A stretch of DNA of 64,000 bases from Lama glama (taxonomy: Eukaryota), in assembly GCA_028534125.1 (NCBI GenBank), contig CM052816.1, positions 84,012,001-84,076,000 of the forward strand. Direction: 5' to 3'. This document shows positions 1 to 14,249 of this stretch, one piece after another (position 1 is the stretch's first letter; every line of letters begins with the position of its first letter). A program made the position numbers and the translations under genes. The notes beneath the pieces were generated by a model. It was not told the DNA's origin. It saw nothing but the letters and a program-made list of their open reading frames with translations, and searched no databases.

Positions 1-867
1 GTAGCTCTTTCTTCAATTTAGCTATCTCACATTTTACCATGAGAAGCAAGAAGTCAGGTGGCATCTTCAAGACTTCAGTTAAAATATTAGATAGATACAC
101 CCAGTTCATTAGGTGCATTTGCTGGTCTCCTTTTACATGTTATTCCACTGCATAACAAGAATCTCCTTTCCTTCAGTTTTAATAAGATATGTGTCACTGT
201 TCTTTAAGCCCTCACAAGCAACTTTTTCAAGTCTAAAATTCCATAGCTTGTCCTAAACATTTTGACTTTTTACAATTTCCTGAAAGCTATTGCTCAGTCT
301 CTAAACCACTTCCATAGCTTAGGTGTTTTTTACAGCTACTTATTCATACCAAAATCTGTATTAGTTATTTGTCATTACATATAACAAATTACCAGAAAAC
401 CTTTGATGTCTTATAGTTTCTGTGAGATAGGGTCAAAAATCTAGGTGCATCTTGGCTGGGTACCTTTGCCATAGTTCTCTCATGAGGTTACAGGCAAATT
501 GTTGCCTAAGGCTGTGGTTTCATCTGGAGATTCAATTGCAGAGTTGGCTGTTGCTCTGAGTTATGTGTTATGAATGGCTGTTGATCATTCGTGTGGTTTT
601 GGAAGGCCTTGTTCCCTTGCCACATGGGATTCTTGACGTGGGTGCCTCATGACATGGAATCTGACTTCTCGTAGGGTAAACAAGCTATGAAACAGCAAGG
701 AAAAGAGTGTCCAAGGACACTATTGTATGCCCAAGATAGAAGCCACAGTCTAATTTTGAAGTGATATCCCATCCTTTCTGCCATATTCTGTATGTTAAAA
801 GTAATAAGTCTATTTAACATTCAATGAAAGAGAAAGGATTCAAGGCTTCCTTGGATGTTGGTTACCA
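1..867 (-). mobile_element. MaLR element: internal-region remnant (1-~356) plus MLT1 (F/G/H-like) LTR (~357-867)
   Basis: Junction 'ccaaaatc|tgtattagtt…taacaaattacca' and LTR motifs 'tctcatgaggttacag', 'ccacatggg', 'cctcatgacatgg' and 'ttctgccatattctg' are typical of antisense MLT1. Confidence 0.7.
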
Positions 868-1129
868 TTCCAACTCTTTCACCTAATTAGTTCACTTGTA
901 CTTCACATGTGGGAAACATATCCTGAATCACTTGAAGTGATGTAGTTCTTAAACACTGGGGCTTCTTTCTAACAACAGCCACGTAACAACTCTAGTTTAC
1001 AGCATAAATTTATACCATAAACAAGTCACCAACATGCTTTACCAAAATGGAAAAAAACAAGTGGAAAATTCAAAACCAATTTATAAGAATTTTTGGCAGC
1101 ATGTTATGTCAAATGTAATTTTTATGATG

Positions 1130-1270
1130 GAAAATTTTAATGTCAACTATGTTGGGTTCTTTTAAGAATTAAATGAGCTAACTGATACAAAGAACATATT
1201 ACAATGCCCTTCAAATATTAGTGCTTAATACTAACAATAACTATTATTATAATTGTTATTATCATTATTA
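1130..1270 (+). mobile_element. MIR SINE 3' fragment
   Basis: 'aagaattaaatgagctaa…aaagaacat…tagtgcttaata…attattat' resembles the MIR tail. Confidence 0.55.
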
Positions 1271-1534
1271 TTGAATAAATATACACAGTTTTTAGAAATA
1301 TAAGAAGTCTTATTAAAACAATTGTTAAATGAATAGGTTTAGTCTTATAGATTTTTCTTTTTTTTCTGCAACTGAGGGCTACAAAACACATAATAGATCA
1401 TACTTGAACAGATATTGCCTTCTGCAATTTAGGACCAAAAATTATCTATGGCTTATGCCTGTATTCTTCAAAAACAACTAAAGAACACTTTGCTCCCACC
1501 TGGAGACCTCATAACTCAGTTTTAAAAACAATTA

Positions 1535-2565
1535 TTGAAACATAACAAGCATAGTGTAAATATAAACAGCATGCATTGGAAATATACAGCTTGCTGAATT
1601 TTCACAAACTACTGATGTAAGTAAGTATACACATTTAGAAATATTATCAGTAATCCAGAAGTCCTTGAGCTCCTTTCTAGTCTCCACACCCTGACTAGGA
1701 TAACCACAATTCTGATTTCTTAAACCATAGACCTGTTTTGCCTACTTTTGAACTGTATACAAACTTATACACTTTAGTGTTTGAATTATTTTGCCCTGTT
1801 ATATTTGTTAGATCTATCCATACTGTTGTCTACATGTATAGACCATTCCTTTTCAATGCTGCATAATATTCCACTATGTAATCATAACATACATATCCAT
1901 TCTGTCGTTGACTGGAATTTATTTTCATTTTTTGACTATTAGAATGTTGTGATGAATGTTTTTATGAATACTTTTTTGCTAAACAAACACAGTTTGGGGA
2001 TATATACCAGATGTAGAAATGTTGAGTCAGAGATTATACATATAATATATTTAAGTGTATAGTGGCTAAGAGTGTGTGTTTGAGTTTCCACCAAGAGTAT
2101 GTGACTGTTCTGTTTGCTCTTACTCCTTGAAAACACTTAGCAGCATTTCAGTGGACTGAATGCATACCCCCAAAATTCGAATTTTGAAATCCTGTGATGT
2201 TATTTGGAGGTGGAGCCTTTGAGACTCATAGCATGAAGGATGAGCCCTCATGAATGGATTAATACCCTTTTAAGAAGAAGCCAGAGAGCTAGACAGCTCA
2301 CTTTTCCACCATGTGACATTACAACAAGAGATCACTGCCTGCTGCTTAGAAAAGTTCTCTCCCCAGAACTCAACCATGCTGGCACCTTGATCTCAGACTT
2401 CCAGCATCCAGAACTGTGAGAAATAAATTCTGTTGTTGATAAGTGGCTCAGTTTATGGTATTTTGTAATAATAGCCCAAACTATGACAATTACCTGTCTT
2501 TTGTCATTTCATTGGAAGTATATTGCTATCTCATTATGGATTTAATTTGCATATGTTCAATGGCT
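1535..2565 (-). mobile_element. Old L1 (L1ME/MC-like) 3' end, interrupted by an MLT1A LTR
   Basis: Antisense L1 3' motifs 'tccattctgtcgttga', 'gggatatataccagatgtagaaatgttgagtc'. The element resumes after 2490 with 'tctcattatggatttaatttgcat'. Confidence 0.7.
2148..2488 (+). mobile_element. MLT1A-type MaLR solo LTR
   Basis: 'ggactgaatg…ccccaaaattc…tttggaggtggagcctttg…gctggcaccttgatctcagacttccagcatccagaactgtgagaaataaattctgttg'. Confidence 0.85.
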
Positions 2566-3620
2566 GGATGGAAGGACTGCCGAAAAATATGAATATCTTT
2601 AATTTGCCAGAAACAACTGGAAATAAGGACTAAAGAATAACATCTTAATCATATAATGGCATGAAAATATGTATTTAATGAAGTTTATCTTAGATGGTTA
2701 AGAAAGAACATAAAATAAATGTTTCTGACCTTATGTTTACATTATACATTGATTTTTTAATTTGTGATAAGCATTCATTGTGCACACACAATTTTGTCTG
2801 CTATTCACCAAATACATCATTTTTTGGCAAGTGTTGTTGAAATAACTCTCAAAGTTCCTTTCTTCCTTTATTTTTAGTTATACTAAAGAAAAAAAAAACT
2901 AAGATGTTCATCTTTCCATTATGTTCATGATATCATATGAAGCTGAGATTTTAACAATCGTTATTTCCACAAAGAAAATCTGTTCATCAATATACATAGA
3001 AATGATCACAGCAAAGTATACATTTATTACTAAATATATTTATAAATTGTAAAACAGGTTGTACAATTTTACAGGGAACAAGATCATTAAATTTATTACT
3101 CAGAGACTTTCTAACACTTCAACTTAAAACATATCTAAGCCCTCCATGAAATTAAATGTGTTGAGATAAAATTCAAAACTTACTTGCACCATTCTAATGC
3201 TACAGAAAAACTTTGAATTACTCATTTGGGAATTGGAAAACTACCCAGTGTATTAATGTCTGATAATAAAGAATAAATTACAGAACTCTAAATTAAAATT
3301 AATTTCATATTTCACTTCAAAAATTTGGTCTTAGATTCTGAAAGTTCTTTAACTAAAGCAAATCACATTTGAACTGCCTATTATCATTAGAAAAGGCATA
3401 AACATGAAGAATATCGCTATGAGGAAATTAGGCATTATACTAATTAAATCGGATCATTAAAACACTGAAATATTAGCACACAAAATTAAAGTATTTCATG
3501 GAAATGTATATATCCATATAAATATCAATAAATTTTCTAAGCTAAATAATTTTCTGAAATAAGAATAAAAGAAAAAATAGTTGCACTTGATGCTAAAACC
3601 AACCAAAATATTTAACTAGA

Positions 3621-3980
3621 TTTTTTTCTTTTTCTTTTTTTTTAATTGAAGTACAGCCAGTTTACAAAGTTGTGTCAATTTCTGGTGTACAGGCCAATGT
3701 TGTGTCAATTTCTGGTCTACAGGAACATACGTACATTCATTTTCATATTCTTTTTCACCATAAATTACTATAAGATATTGAACATAGTTCCCTGTGGTAT
3801 ACAGCATAAACTTCTTGTTTATCTGTTATATATATATATACCAGTTAGTATCCACAAATCTTGAACTCCCTGTTTATTTCTACCCACCCTCTTCCCCTCC
3901 TGGTAACCATAAGTTTGTTTTCTGTGTCTTTGAGTCTGTTTCTGTTTTGTAAATAAGTTCATTTGTCTTTTTTTTTTTTA
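3621..3980 (-). mobile_element. Young camelid-type L1 3' end with poly(A) tail (poly-T on +)
   Basis: Poly-T at 3621-3643, then 'attgaagtacagccagtttac…tgtgtcaatttctggtgtaca', the reverse complement of the L1 tail at 23400-23580. Contains a ~29-bp internal tandem duplication at 3670-3725. Confidence 0.9.
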
Positions 3981-6074
3981 AGCTGGTTTTAAAATGAACT
4001 CTCAAAGATGTCTGACAAAATATTCTACAAACATGGGCAGCTCCCAGAGAAAGGTATTACTATCTTTACCAGGGATTTATAGGAAGCCTGAAGAAAATTC
4101 AAGTTTATTGTTAGAGGAAAAAGTAGATTTATTTCTTCCCTTCTGTCAGAATCAAAGTATAATGATGTATATTTTAATGTAAATTATTTTAATTGAATAA
4201 TACAATGCTAATTAATAGCCGTTTGCTGCCATACATCAGCCACTATAGGTCAATTTTGTCTTGTGCTTAAACTGTGGCTTTGAAATATATCATGCTAGGC
4301 TGCTTAAAGAACGTTTCTAGACTCCTTAAAGGCTATTTTTGGAAACATAGCACTGTGGACTTCAGTTTGTCAGCTGCCCATTCCCCATATTTATAGCATA
4401 TTTTAAGTCTGTCAAACATATTCTATCAATTTTTTCATCTTTTGCTAAAATTCACAAAGAAAGTGAAGTTTAAACCAAGCCAGTGAAACCCAGGCAAATG
4501 AGTAACATTGGTTTTGATAGTTACACTTTTCCAAGGAATAATCTGGTTTTTTAGATGAAATAGTAATGTTTTTTAATTTATAAAGTCAATTTTTTAAATT
4601 CAAAGGTATTATATTCCTCCCTCTAACATATTAATGTACTTTTAATTGCATATTTTAAAATTCAACTAATAAATTTAATGGTTAAGCAGTTTAATTTGTT
4701 TTAATGACCCTGTACATTAAAATAGTGTTTTTCTTGGTATTGTAGAAAACAATGAAAAAAGTTTGGCTCTTTCTCCAAAACATTTTCAATGTTTTTGAAG
4801 ATTAAGACAAATAACATACTAAAATAATCAAAGAATATTTGTGATAACAATATTGAAATATTTACATTGTCCTTAATATAAGTTAATACCATTTATTATT
4901 GGTTGTGATAATAAATTATTATAACTGTGACTTGAACTAAATTTGAAAAAATAAATAAATGTTAGCAATATAAATACGAGGAGAATAATCATTTTAATTA
5001 TAGGAAAAGATATGGAGGGGTTATTTAAAAACTTAAATTGAGTATAAGCAAGTCATTTGTTAATAAAATGTGAATTTATATTTTATATTTATACAGTTAT
5101 ACACAACATATATATAACATATTATGTAATGTGTATATACAATATATATAATTTATGTAAGAAACACAGTGGGAAGATCCTTGAAATTTAAAATAAGGAA
5201 TGTAGACAACTTTAGACTCTAGATTTTAAGAATGTATTCAAGCCATTAAAAATTTTTGAGCATGGAATATTATAACTATAAATTTAAATGTGTAGCAAGT
5301 CAAAGAATAAATTGAAATGGAAAAGGAAGAAGCAGAAAAGATTCCCAATGCTCATTTGGTAAGTAAATATAGTCAAATAAAATAAATCCTCACTTTTATA
5401 ACTAAAGCAAATTCAATCTATACCCTAGAGTGCACATATATACATGTATTGCACACTTTTAAACATCTATAATGCCTTCTAGATTAAAGCAGATATAGAC
5501 AAGATGAAAATGCAATGAGATCCAGCCACTTACATTTAATCATCTTGTTTAATGCATCTTGTTTCTCAGTTTCCAAATATATATGCGTGTGTAAAAAGAA
5601 GTTACCATTAGTTTTAAGTATATTGCACTCAAGATACACAAGTAGTTTTAAGTACATTGCTGAAAGCAGAAAATTACTTTAAAGCAAATTTTTCTTTTAT
5701 AGCTGTAACTTATAACTTGAGTAACCTTTCTTACTCATCCAAATGCAAGTAAAAGGAGTGCGTCTTGGAGAAAGGGGGGAAAGAAGGATCCATTTCGGGG
5801 TTTGCTGGAGGAGAGACTCACCCACTCAATGATGCTATATATCAGAGTCAGTGGATAGTGAGGGGACATGGAGATGTGAAGGAATATGACCATGGAAATG
5901 CATTCTCTTTCTCTATTGATTTTTAATTTGGTGCCAGTTAAGATTTTCTGGTGGGACAAAAACCAAGTGTTGTCCAACAAAAACCACGGGGAGAGGGCAA
6001 GACTACTGCCGTCTCCCAACAGTGATTTTAGGCTCCCTAGCATTGTCTGGCGAGGAAACCTTTCCTAGGTGCAT

Positions 6075-6165
6075 TCATTAAGTGAGCGACCCAAGATCAC
6101 ACAGCGAGAAAATGGCTGAGAAGGATTTAAGCCCTAATAGCCTGACTCGGAACCCTAACCTTCGC
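6075..6165 (-). mobile_element. MIR core fragment
   Basis: 'ttaagtga..gacccaagatcacacagc…ggatttaagccc…gcctgactc' matches the MIR core. Confidence 0.7.
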
Positions 6166-6504
6166 CTTCGCCCGATGTTTGTGCTCTACAAAGCCTCAGA
6201 AGAACTAGTCCTGAGGGAGCCCCTCCGTGCCTCCTTCACAGCAGGTGCATGACCGGCTCGCAGTCACTAAGTGCAGTCTTTTTCTACATCTCTGCAAGTG
6301 GTGATAATATTCTTCAAATTCAAATGTCGTATGTCTGTGTTTAGGGTTAAGCACGATGAGGACAAAAAAAGTCAACACTATTCTTCTGCAAACTGAATAA
6401 GTCTTAGGGTTTCTCGGAATTTTCAGAAAAGGAAGGAAAGTTTAATTGGGATATCTGGTTATTCTGGTTTTAAGTAAAAGATAAACCCACTATTAGCAAA
6501 GCAG

Positions 6505-6881
6505 TCTTATTTGGAAAAGGGGCTATGCAGAGGTAATTGAGTCACAGATCTCAAGATGACCTCGTCCTGGATTTAGGATGGCCCTAAACCCAGTAGCAAG
6601 CATCCTTATGAGTGACACACAGAGCAGAAGACCAGTGGAGGACAGGCACAGAGACTGGACTTAGCAGGAGCCACAGGACCACATGGACTCACCACGAGGA
6701 AGAGGCAAGGGGCTAATTCTCCCCAAGAGCCCTCGGAGGTAGCGTTGCCCTGACAGCACCTTGACTGTGGTCTCTAACCTAACAATCCATGAGAGAGTAA
6801 CTTTCTGTTCACTCAGGCCACCCAGCTTAGAGTAATTTTTACAACCCTTAGAGTAATTTTTACAGCTTGGGAACTAGTACA
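6505..6881 (+). mobile_element. MLT1B/C-type MaLR solo LTR
   Basis: 'ttatttggaaaaggg…gatgacctcgtcctggatttaggatggccctaaaccc…aagaggcaagg…cagcaccttgact…gccacccag'. Includes a 21-bp tandem duplication (cttagagtaatttttaca) at ~6826-6866. Confidence 0.8.
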
Positions 6882-7264
6882 ACAGGACTAAACAAAAATC
6901 AGCTGGTCCTGATTTCTCGTTTTGATTATAATATTGCAACAAAGGAAATTCTGATCCTGTCACCTTTTAATCTCTTATACAGAATATAAATAAAATGTTT
7001 CAGAGTCCTTTTGGCAATATCTCTCTGTACTATGTGTAACTACATCAATAACTTGAATGTTATGTGTTTTATAAAAGATGTCAAATATTTGGAAGAAAAC
7101 AGAATAGTTTATAAACTTGCTTTTTAAAAGGGAATAGTTTATATTTTGGCTTTCTGGTTATTATAAGCTCTTTCGCGCTCTTGTTTATTTTGGCTAGGTG
7201 TGGTTTCATTCCTGATAATAGTAAAAATGGGTGGCTAAGCACATTCATTTTACACTATGTGAGT

Positions 7265-7415
7265 TAATTTGGAGGTCTATCACTGTGAGCTGTGCCCTAG
7301 GACAATTTGCTTGTCTTCTCATAGGAAAAGTTTACTCATCTCCAGTATGAGCAAAATAAGACTGTTTACTACATAGAAGTTTTAAAGACAAAATAGTATA
7401 ATGTATGTACTTGTG
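7265..7415 (+). mobile_element. MIR fragment
   Basis: 'agctgtgccctaggacaatttgctt…ctcatct…' is a degenerate MIR core. Confidence 0.5.
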
Positions 7416-10400
7416 TTCTTTGTTATTGTTATTAAGATAACAGCTCTTCAGAAAGGTAATGATTGTAAAGATACTCATGAACGATATTTAGCAAAATGCT
7501 AGTCGTATGGTGTCATAGTAAATACTGTTTTTCTCATTATCCTTTTTATTATGATTGTGTTTTCAATTTGATCTTAAATATTTTTCAATTGGAGAACATG
7601 AGAAAAAAGCAAGAATGTAATGTCTTCCTTAAGATCAAAAAACATATATAAAGCTCATTATAATGAACTGTATAATTTCAGAGAGAATAATTTATTTTAA
7701 TGTCTAAAATTTATGACTCTTTCATTAAGCAGTTAATATTTACTAGAAAATGAATAGGCACTTTATTTGTTAATAGCTTTTTAAATTTTAATTACCACAG
7801 AACATCTGTGTAGTTACCTTATATGGCAGACTACTTAATTAGTTTGTTAATAGGAAGCAGGAAGATTCGAAACATTTTTATTGGTAAGTCTTGTTAGGTT
7901 CATTGAAGAGGTCTATGTAATTTATATGCATGCACGAAGTTCCTCTTTTCAAATGACTTATGAAATAATTTCTTTAGACAGAACCTTAATGTCAATGGAA
8001 TAATTAAGTAGTAGGTATTCCATGAACATCACTTACAATGCTCTATTTTTCATAGAATAATCTTGTAAAATATTTCATAGAAACTTCAGAGACACTTCAA
8101 AGTAGTTGAGAGTAGAGATATAGCTTGCTGACTTACCTACTTTCCTTATAAATATATCCACCATAATTTGTAATTGCTTGTATGTTGGGAGAAGTTAGAA
8201 GCCCTATTTTTGATTAAATAAAGTATCAGTTACTTGATGATGGGATAACAGTTTTTTCCTCTGTTTTATTTCATTCATGTTCCATCTAAACACATTTGGA
8301 ACTAAAATCTCATAATTTTAAGATTCCCTCCGCCAAAGATACTGATTACTTCTGGCAACTCACTTCTAAGTTTTATGGAATATAAATCACAGGATAATGG
8401 CCATTTACACCGTGATCATTTTACTACTTCAGATTTTCTAGGACAACATGTTCATTAGCACTAAGAACTTCTTAATCAGATGAATACTTTTGAATTTGAT
8501 GAAAGATTAATATAATCCTTCTCATTTCAAAACCTAGCTAATGCTACCATCTTCAAGTTTAGACTGTCTCATTTGATCTAAGACTGTATGTAAGCCCATA
8601 CACTCATCGATGCACAAATGCACACACACACTCACAGACACACACAGGTACATTCACGTTAGAGAATATTCTACGAGATAAAACACAATGTTCTCTAACT
8701 TTAACATTAACAATTTCTGCCCTTAAATTAATGATCTATCTCATTGACTAGCAAGGATCTGTTACTTTTATTTTCTGAAGATTTGAGGAATAATTGAGGT
8801 TACATAATTCTAATTAATGTGGATAACATAGTTTTGAGGAGCACTTTTAGCTCCCTGTGCTCAGATCCTGCACTGCATCAGAGATGTTTTACTTTCCTTT
8901 ATTCTTTTAATGCATATAATTCTTACTTTCAACACTTTACTATAGAACCCTACAGTCACCATCTCTCTGCGAAATGGAGATTAATAAGGGATAGGAAAAA
9001 GAAAAAAAAAGTTTATTGCACTTTTGTCGGCATCAGTGATGTAACTTGAGTGATTTACAACATGCAGTTACCCCCATAAGCTCAGAATAAGCTGGGAAAG
9101 TATCACTGTGCTAACACGAACAATTGTATTGTCAAATTAGATCCCTGTAAATCAGAGACCTAACCTTGTTAATAGTTTCAAGCATACAAAGAATCAAACA
9201 TACAAAGGGCGATAGTCAAACAAGGAGAGGTTCAGGACATCCAGGGCAGCTCCCTAGATCCTCCCACTTCGCATCAGACACATGCTTTCTGACTCAGAGT
9301 GGATGAATTCCCTAAATGAGCTGTATGGATAATCTTACACTGTGAGAGCATGTCAGTTCTGAGACATCTCTATTTTACTTCCCAGAAAGCTGTGTAGCCT
9401 ACATGACATTCTTCAGAGTCATGCCTTATAAATCCACGGATTCTAGGTCTGTTTGCTTACACAAGCAGTGCTAAGCTGGGCTCATTCCGCTCAGAGTAAT
9501 CCAGAGCTAGTACTTTTCCTAGCAAATACCATTGATCTATTTACCAAAATAGCTGTTATGAGTATGTTTACAAGGAGAGTAGACCACATCTACCGCCTGC
9601 TTGTTTTCTACTAGAATAGTAATCTCCTATAATCGGAAGAGAAATGAGTCACAGGCCAGCTGATTTGTTTCCTTTCTTCTCAGTCTAAATAAACAAAGAT
9701 ATACTTTATAAGGAGAGGACAGCCTAGACTTAGTTCTTACTCTGTTGACTAGTCTAGTTTATGTTGTCTCTGAATTATATTGGAGGACCTACTTTCTATT
9801 CAAGACTCCTCTCTAAACCAGAATATGTCTCAGGAGAGTGATATCTGCCTCATAAACTTGTATCTTGCCACATTGCTAGGTTGGTTGCATCAAAATGAGT
9901 AAGCTAATGCCATTGAAAACAGAATGGTGTTTGAGGCATCTCTTCCCGGAGCACCAGACTCATCTGAATTTCAGAAATGACCACATCAAAAGGGATAAGA
10001 TTATTCTGAGTACCATATATATGACTTCTTACTGTCAGTTTGGAATTATGTGCACTTAGAAATCAAATTGATCATTTAACAAAAAACTATCAAAGAATAG
10101 GTTGGAAATTTTCATATATCTTAAAAATAAATTATGGGTAGGTTTACTAAATTAACACTAGTAAAAACATTTTAGAATTACATGAAAAATATCTAAATTA
10201 TACTTTTAACTTTTATTGTATTTAATATTATCATGAGGAACATGAACAAGTAAATCCCAAAACTGATTGCTCATATATATCAGGTTATCTACTTGACTAT
10301 CTACACATATCTAAATAATGTATTCAAATAGACCTGTTTAAAAAATACAGAGAGAGATGGAAATTTTAGTTTAAAATTGGACTTATATTGAGGTTACATG

Positions 10401-11001
10401 GACATAATCCAGGAAGAAAAATATAAATAAAAATAAACTAATTTTTAAATTTTTCTTAAGCTTAGTCCACACACAAACACACAAAATTCCTCTGTAATAT
10501 CACTCCTTCAATACCTATTACCTTTCTGCTCACACTATATCTTCTCCCCAACTTGCTTTCAAAATTCCTGAACGACATTACACAGTCCTGGGAGCCCCAT
10601 GTTTAATTGTCCTTCCCCTTTTTTGCATGAATGGTTTGAAAAATATCCCAGGTTTAGAATTAGTGTGCTTTAAGAGTGAAGGAAAACAGCTAGGTAAGAC
10701 CAGAATCCCCTTCAGAAGAATAAATGGATAGATGGAACCCTTGGGCATTAATAATACTGGTCCTGTCACATTTCCCACAGGTCAGTGTTTCCAGATCTCT
10801 ATCAAATTATGTCATGTGTCAATGCCCTCAAATTACAAATGAATCTCATGTGCATGTGAAATAAATTCAGGCCCCAGGAACACTTACTGTCTTTGATCTA
10901 CTCCACATCGTATCACATATATTACAATGAGATGAGTTAAATTTACTTTTAAACTGTATAATATCTAGAGGTTATTTTCAATTTTGTTTTTGAAGTTATT
11001 T

Positions 11002-11419
11002 TGTTACGGAAACGACAGGCCAGCCAGCCAAGAAACAAGCACCACTCGGAGGGTTGGAGTACTCAGATGTATTACGCTGGCGGGCTCAGTGGGGCTTCTG
11101 CTCCGAAGCTTTGAGCACTTCCAAGACGTGCGCATGAGGTTTTATAGGGTAAAGTACAAGCTTGGGGTATTTGTCCAATAGGCATGGAACAGCTTTAGTA
11201 GCATCATTATCACAAAAGTAGGGGCAGGGAGACAGCAAACCAACATTCCAAAGCCAGATATGTATCTTTGAAAATCCAGCTGGCTAGCAAAAATACATGA
11301 ACTGCAAACCAACACTAATTAACTTAGATTTACAAGTTTGTCCAGCAGAACTCAGATCAGTATTCTGATACTTAGATTTGTGAGTTATCTTGTTAGACCA
11401 GCCCAGTTTTTCCTTCACA
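11002..11419 (-). mobile_element. Young ERV1-class solo LTR (418 bp)
   Basis: TG…CA termini and a perfect 4-bp TSD (attt at 10998-11001 and 11420-11423). TATA and ATTGG boxes lie on the minus strand and CpGs are retained. Near-identical to 57699-58112. Confidence 0.9.
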
Positions 11420-14249
11420 ATTTTAGTTCATCTAATTTAAAACTGGATATAATTGACCTGCAAAAATTCCTTATACCAGCCATTTTTTGAGAACTGAATT
11501 TTTAAGCAAAATATGGTTTCAATCTTAATTATATTATATAAACTTTATATTTATATGTTGAAAAGTATAAAATTATTTAAATTGTCTCCAGACATGAGTT
11601 ACAGTTATCAAGGCTGTCTTCCTTTCTCTTTTTCTAAACCATTTATCTGAGGAAGAATTGATTTTTATAGGTCCCAATAATATTTGCATTTAATTTCTTC
11701 CCTTTCCAAAACAAATACATTTATTGTTCTAGGAACTCCAGTAGACAACTAAAGCAAGGACAAAGTCACCTGCAACACCTCAAAAGTTAAGTTTACCTTT
11801 TCGTGTGTTCTTGAAAATGGCAGACTATGTGGTTGAACCATTAGGGTGGTCCCCTTTTGTGCTTAGCCCACTAGATTAGATCTGTTGTGTACTATACAAC
11901 CCAACTCTTTAGCTGGCTTTGAGAGTCACCTGATCCATATGTGGGATGACTCTGCAAAGAATAAATTTGTAAATATATGTAAATATATATAAATTCTAGC
12001 TCCCTAAATTTGCCCAAATGCCTTAGGAAACAGTTTCATTAGCATTCCTATAAGATTCAAATTCCTCTTTTTTCTTTTTCCTGTGTAGACTTACCAAGAT
12101 TGGAATTTGAACTATCCCTTAGATTATATAAAACCAATAGTGATTAATTACTGCTTGATTGTATCTCCCTCCCATAGTAACTTTCACATCTTCCAGGATA
12201 CATTTCTGTGTTCAATATTAGGAAGAAAAATGTGCTAGTATCATTTCTGTTGCTGGTTCTAACTTCAACTCAGTGATTACTTCCCTAGAATCAAAATTTC
12301 ACAAAATTCTGGTAACAAGTAGTTTGATCCAATGGTTTCAAAGTCATTCTAATTTTAAAACTCACAGTTGTGGTAATATCTTTCATTCTTGTCATTGCAT
12401 CTAGACATAATGTGGGACTGTATTGAGAAGGTCAAGAATAGACCTCCTTTTATCTAAAAAGGACTTTGATTGCTGAGGAAATGATGTAACCATGGATTTT
12501 TAAAACTAATTTATCTGCCTAAAATCAAGAGGTTTTGAAAGCTAAAAAGTGAGTTGTTTTGAAGAAGAAAGGAAGAGACTCTTAAAATTATGGACTAAGA
12601 ATTAAAATCTTTCAGTAATTCAGATTCAGAAAGATTTACAGGCTGAAAATAAGAATAGGAATATTACTTTTTGTATTCTTTTTAAATGTCTATTCTATTT
12701 CTAATATGCTTTAATAATCATGAATACGTGCTCTAACAATAAGAGGTAAAGATAGCCCACATAAACTGTAGCTAAGTAATTATCTTAGCTCGCTGAAAAT
12801 TAAATCTCTTTAAAAATAATTATCCATGTTTACATTCCTGAAAAGTGATCATTGAAATGTATACTGTTCAAACTAAGGAGATGTCTTTGTTAGTGTTTCA
12901 TAGACTGAAAGCTATATTTTCACTTAGTGGGAGACAGAAAATCTGCACTAAATATATACCAGACTTTAAAACATCTTCACTAGTAAGGTTCCTAAAACCT
13001 GTTGATATCTTCAGCAGAGTAGGGTTCAGGTTTTCTCTGAAATGGGAGCTTGACAAGAATATTTCTCTGTGCTCTGAAACATCTTCTAGTCAATTGCTAT
13101 GTTAACAGTATAAGCTACTGATAATGATTCTGTTGCTCACTCTCCAGTACTGAAGCCCTGTAAGTGGCTTTTGAAAACTAATTAATTAAACATGAGTTCC
13201 TTTGAACTTTGAAAAATCTTCTTATGTGGTCCCCAAAGAATTCCTAGAAAGCAAAGTAATATATGGAAAACTTGCATTATGCAGCCAGATTATCAGCAGA
13301 ATGTAAAGGTTATATTTAAATCTCCACCTAATGCTGAATATTCTAGTCTTTGATTAACATCATTCAAGTAAAAGATTTGACAGATGTCAATATAAGACTG
13401 AATTGTCTTTTTCATTCTTTATACAGGAAGTTTTCTTGGTGAAAACTTTTATGGAAGTTAACTGAATTTTTTTTTTGCTTTTATTTAAGGAAAAGAAAAT
13501 CATAACAAGGGTAATGAATTTTTTCTTGCCGATAATACTGAAGGCATATGTTTGTAAATATATGTATGATCTTGTAATAAAACATCCATATTTGATGTCA
13601 TCCACAAAAATGAGATTTATTTTTACAATTAACTAACTTTAGTATGGTAAATATTGAAAATAAAATTTTTCTCTAAGTATATGAGGTTTAGTTTTCACAT
13701 ATTTAATAAAGAAGGAGTCAATCTTTTGACTACATGAATGTGTCAATATTAATTCTGCAATATGAATGCAAATTAATATAAAATATAATTTCATTGGGAG
13801 GATGGGGAGATGTTGAGGATTTTGCAATTTTAATTTACCTTCTTTTTCCATAGATGTTAACCCTAATCTAGGTGTCTTCCCTAAAGTTAGAAGATTCTGA
13901 GCTGACAGGGAACAGACTGTCAACCAGGAAGATCTGCAGTCTGCCTGCACCTATAATACAAGCAATTGGAGTTAGAAGCTATATATGCTTTGAATTCCTA
14001 TTACTATTTTTTCTTGTGCGTTTCAACTCTCACATCTGAGCCAAAATGATTTGACACATAAAAATGAGCATCCTTCAAAAGTGTATAGAATCCAGAAAAA
14101 TTTTGATTCATAAGAATAACAACAAAAAAGAAACATGGCATATTTGAATTGCTGGAGGAGAGAGGTGGCAACAAGAGTAATAAATAATCAAAAGCTTAAT
14201 GAGATTCAAATGCATATCATAAATTATTTCCTGTACCTAAATACTAATA

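Noticed and set aside
5609..5660. 18-bp direct repeat with a 16-bp spacer
   Set aside because: Only two units in a mammalian context: a local duplication, not CRISPR-like.
8131..8180. Strong minus-strand donor AG|GTAAGT (others near 27680 and 32062)
   Set aside because: Isolated splice-like motifs are expected by chance in 64 kb, and there is no recognisable coding exon.
10984..11181. Similar peptides here and at 57937-58119 (SQETSTTRRVGVLRCIT)
   Set aside because: They are antisense readings of the duplicated LTR, not a gene family.
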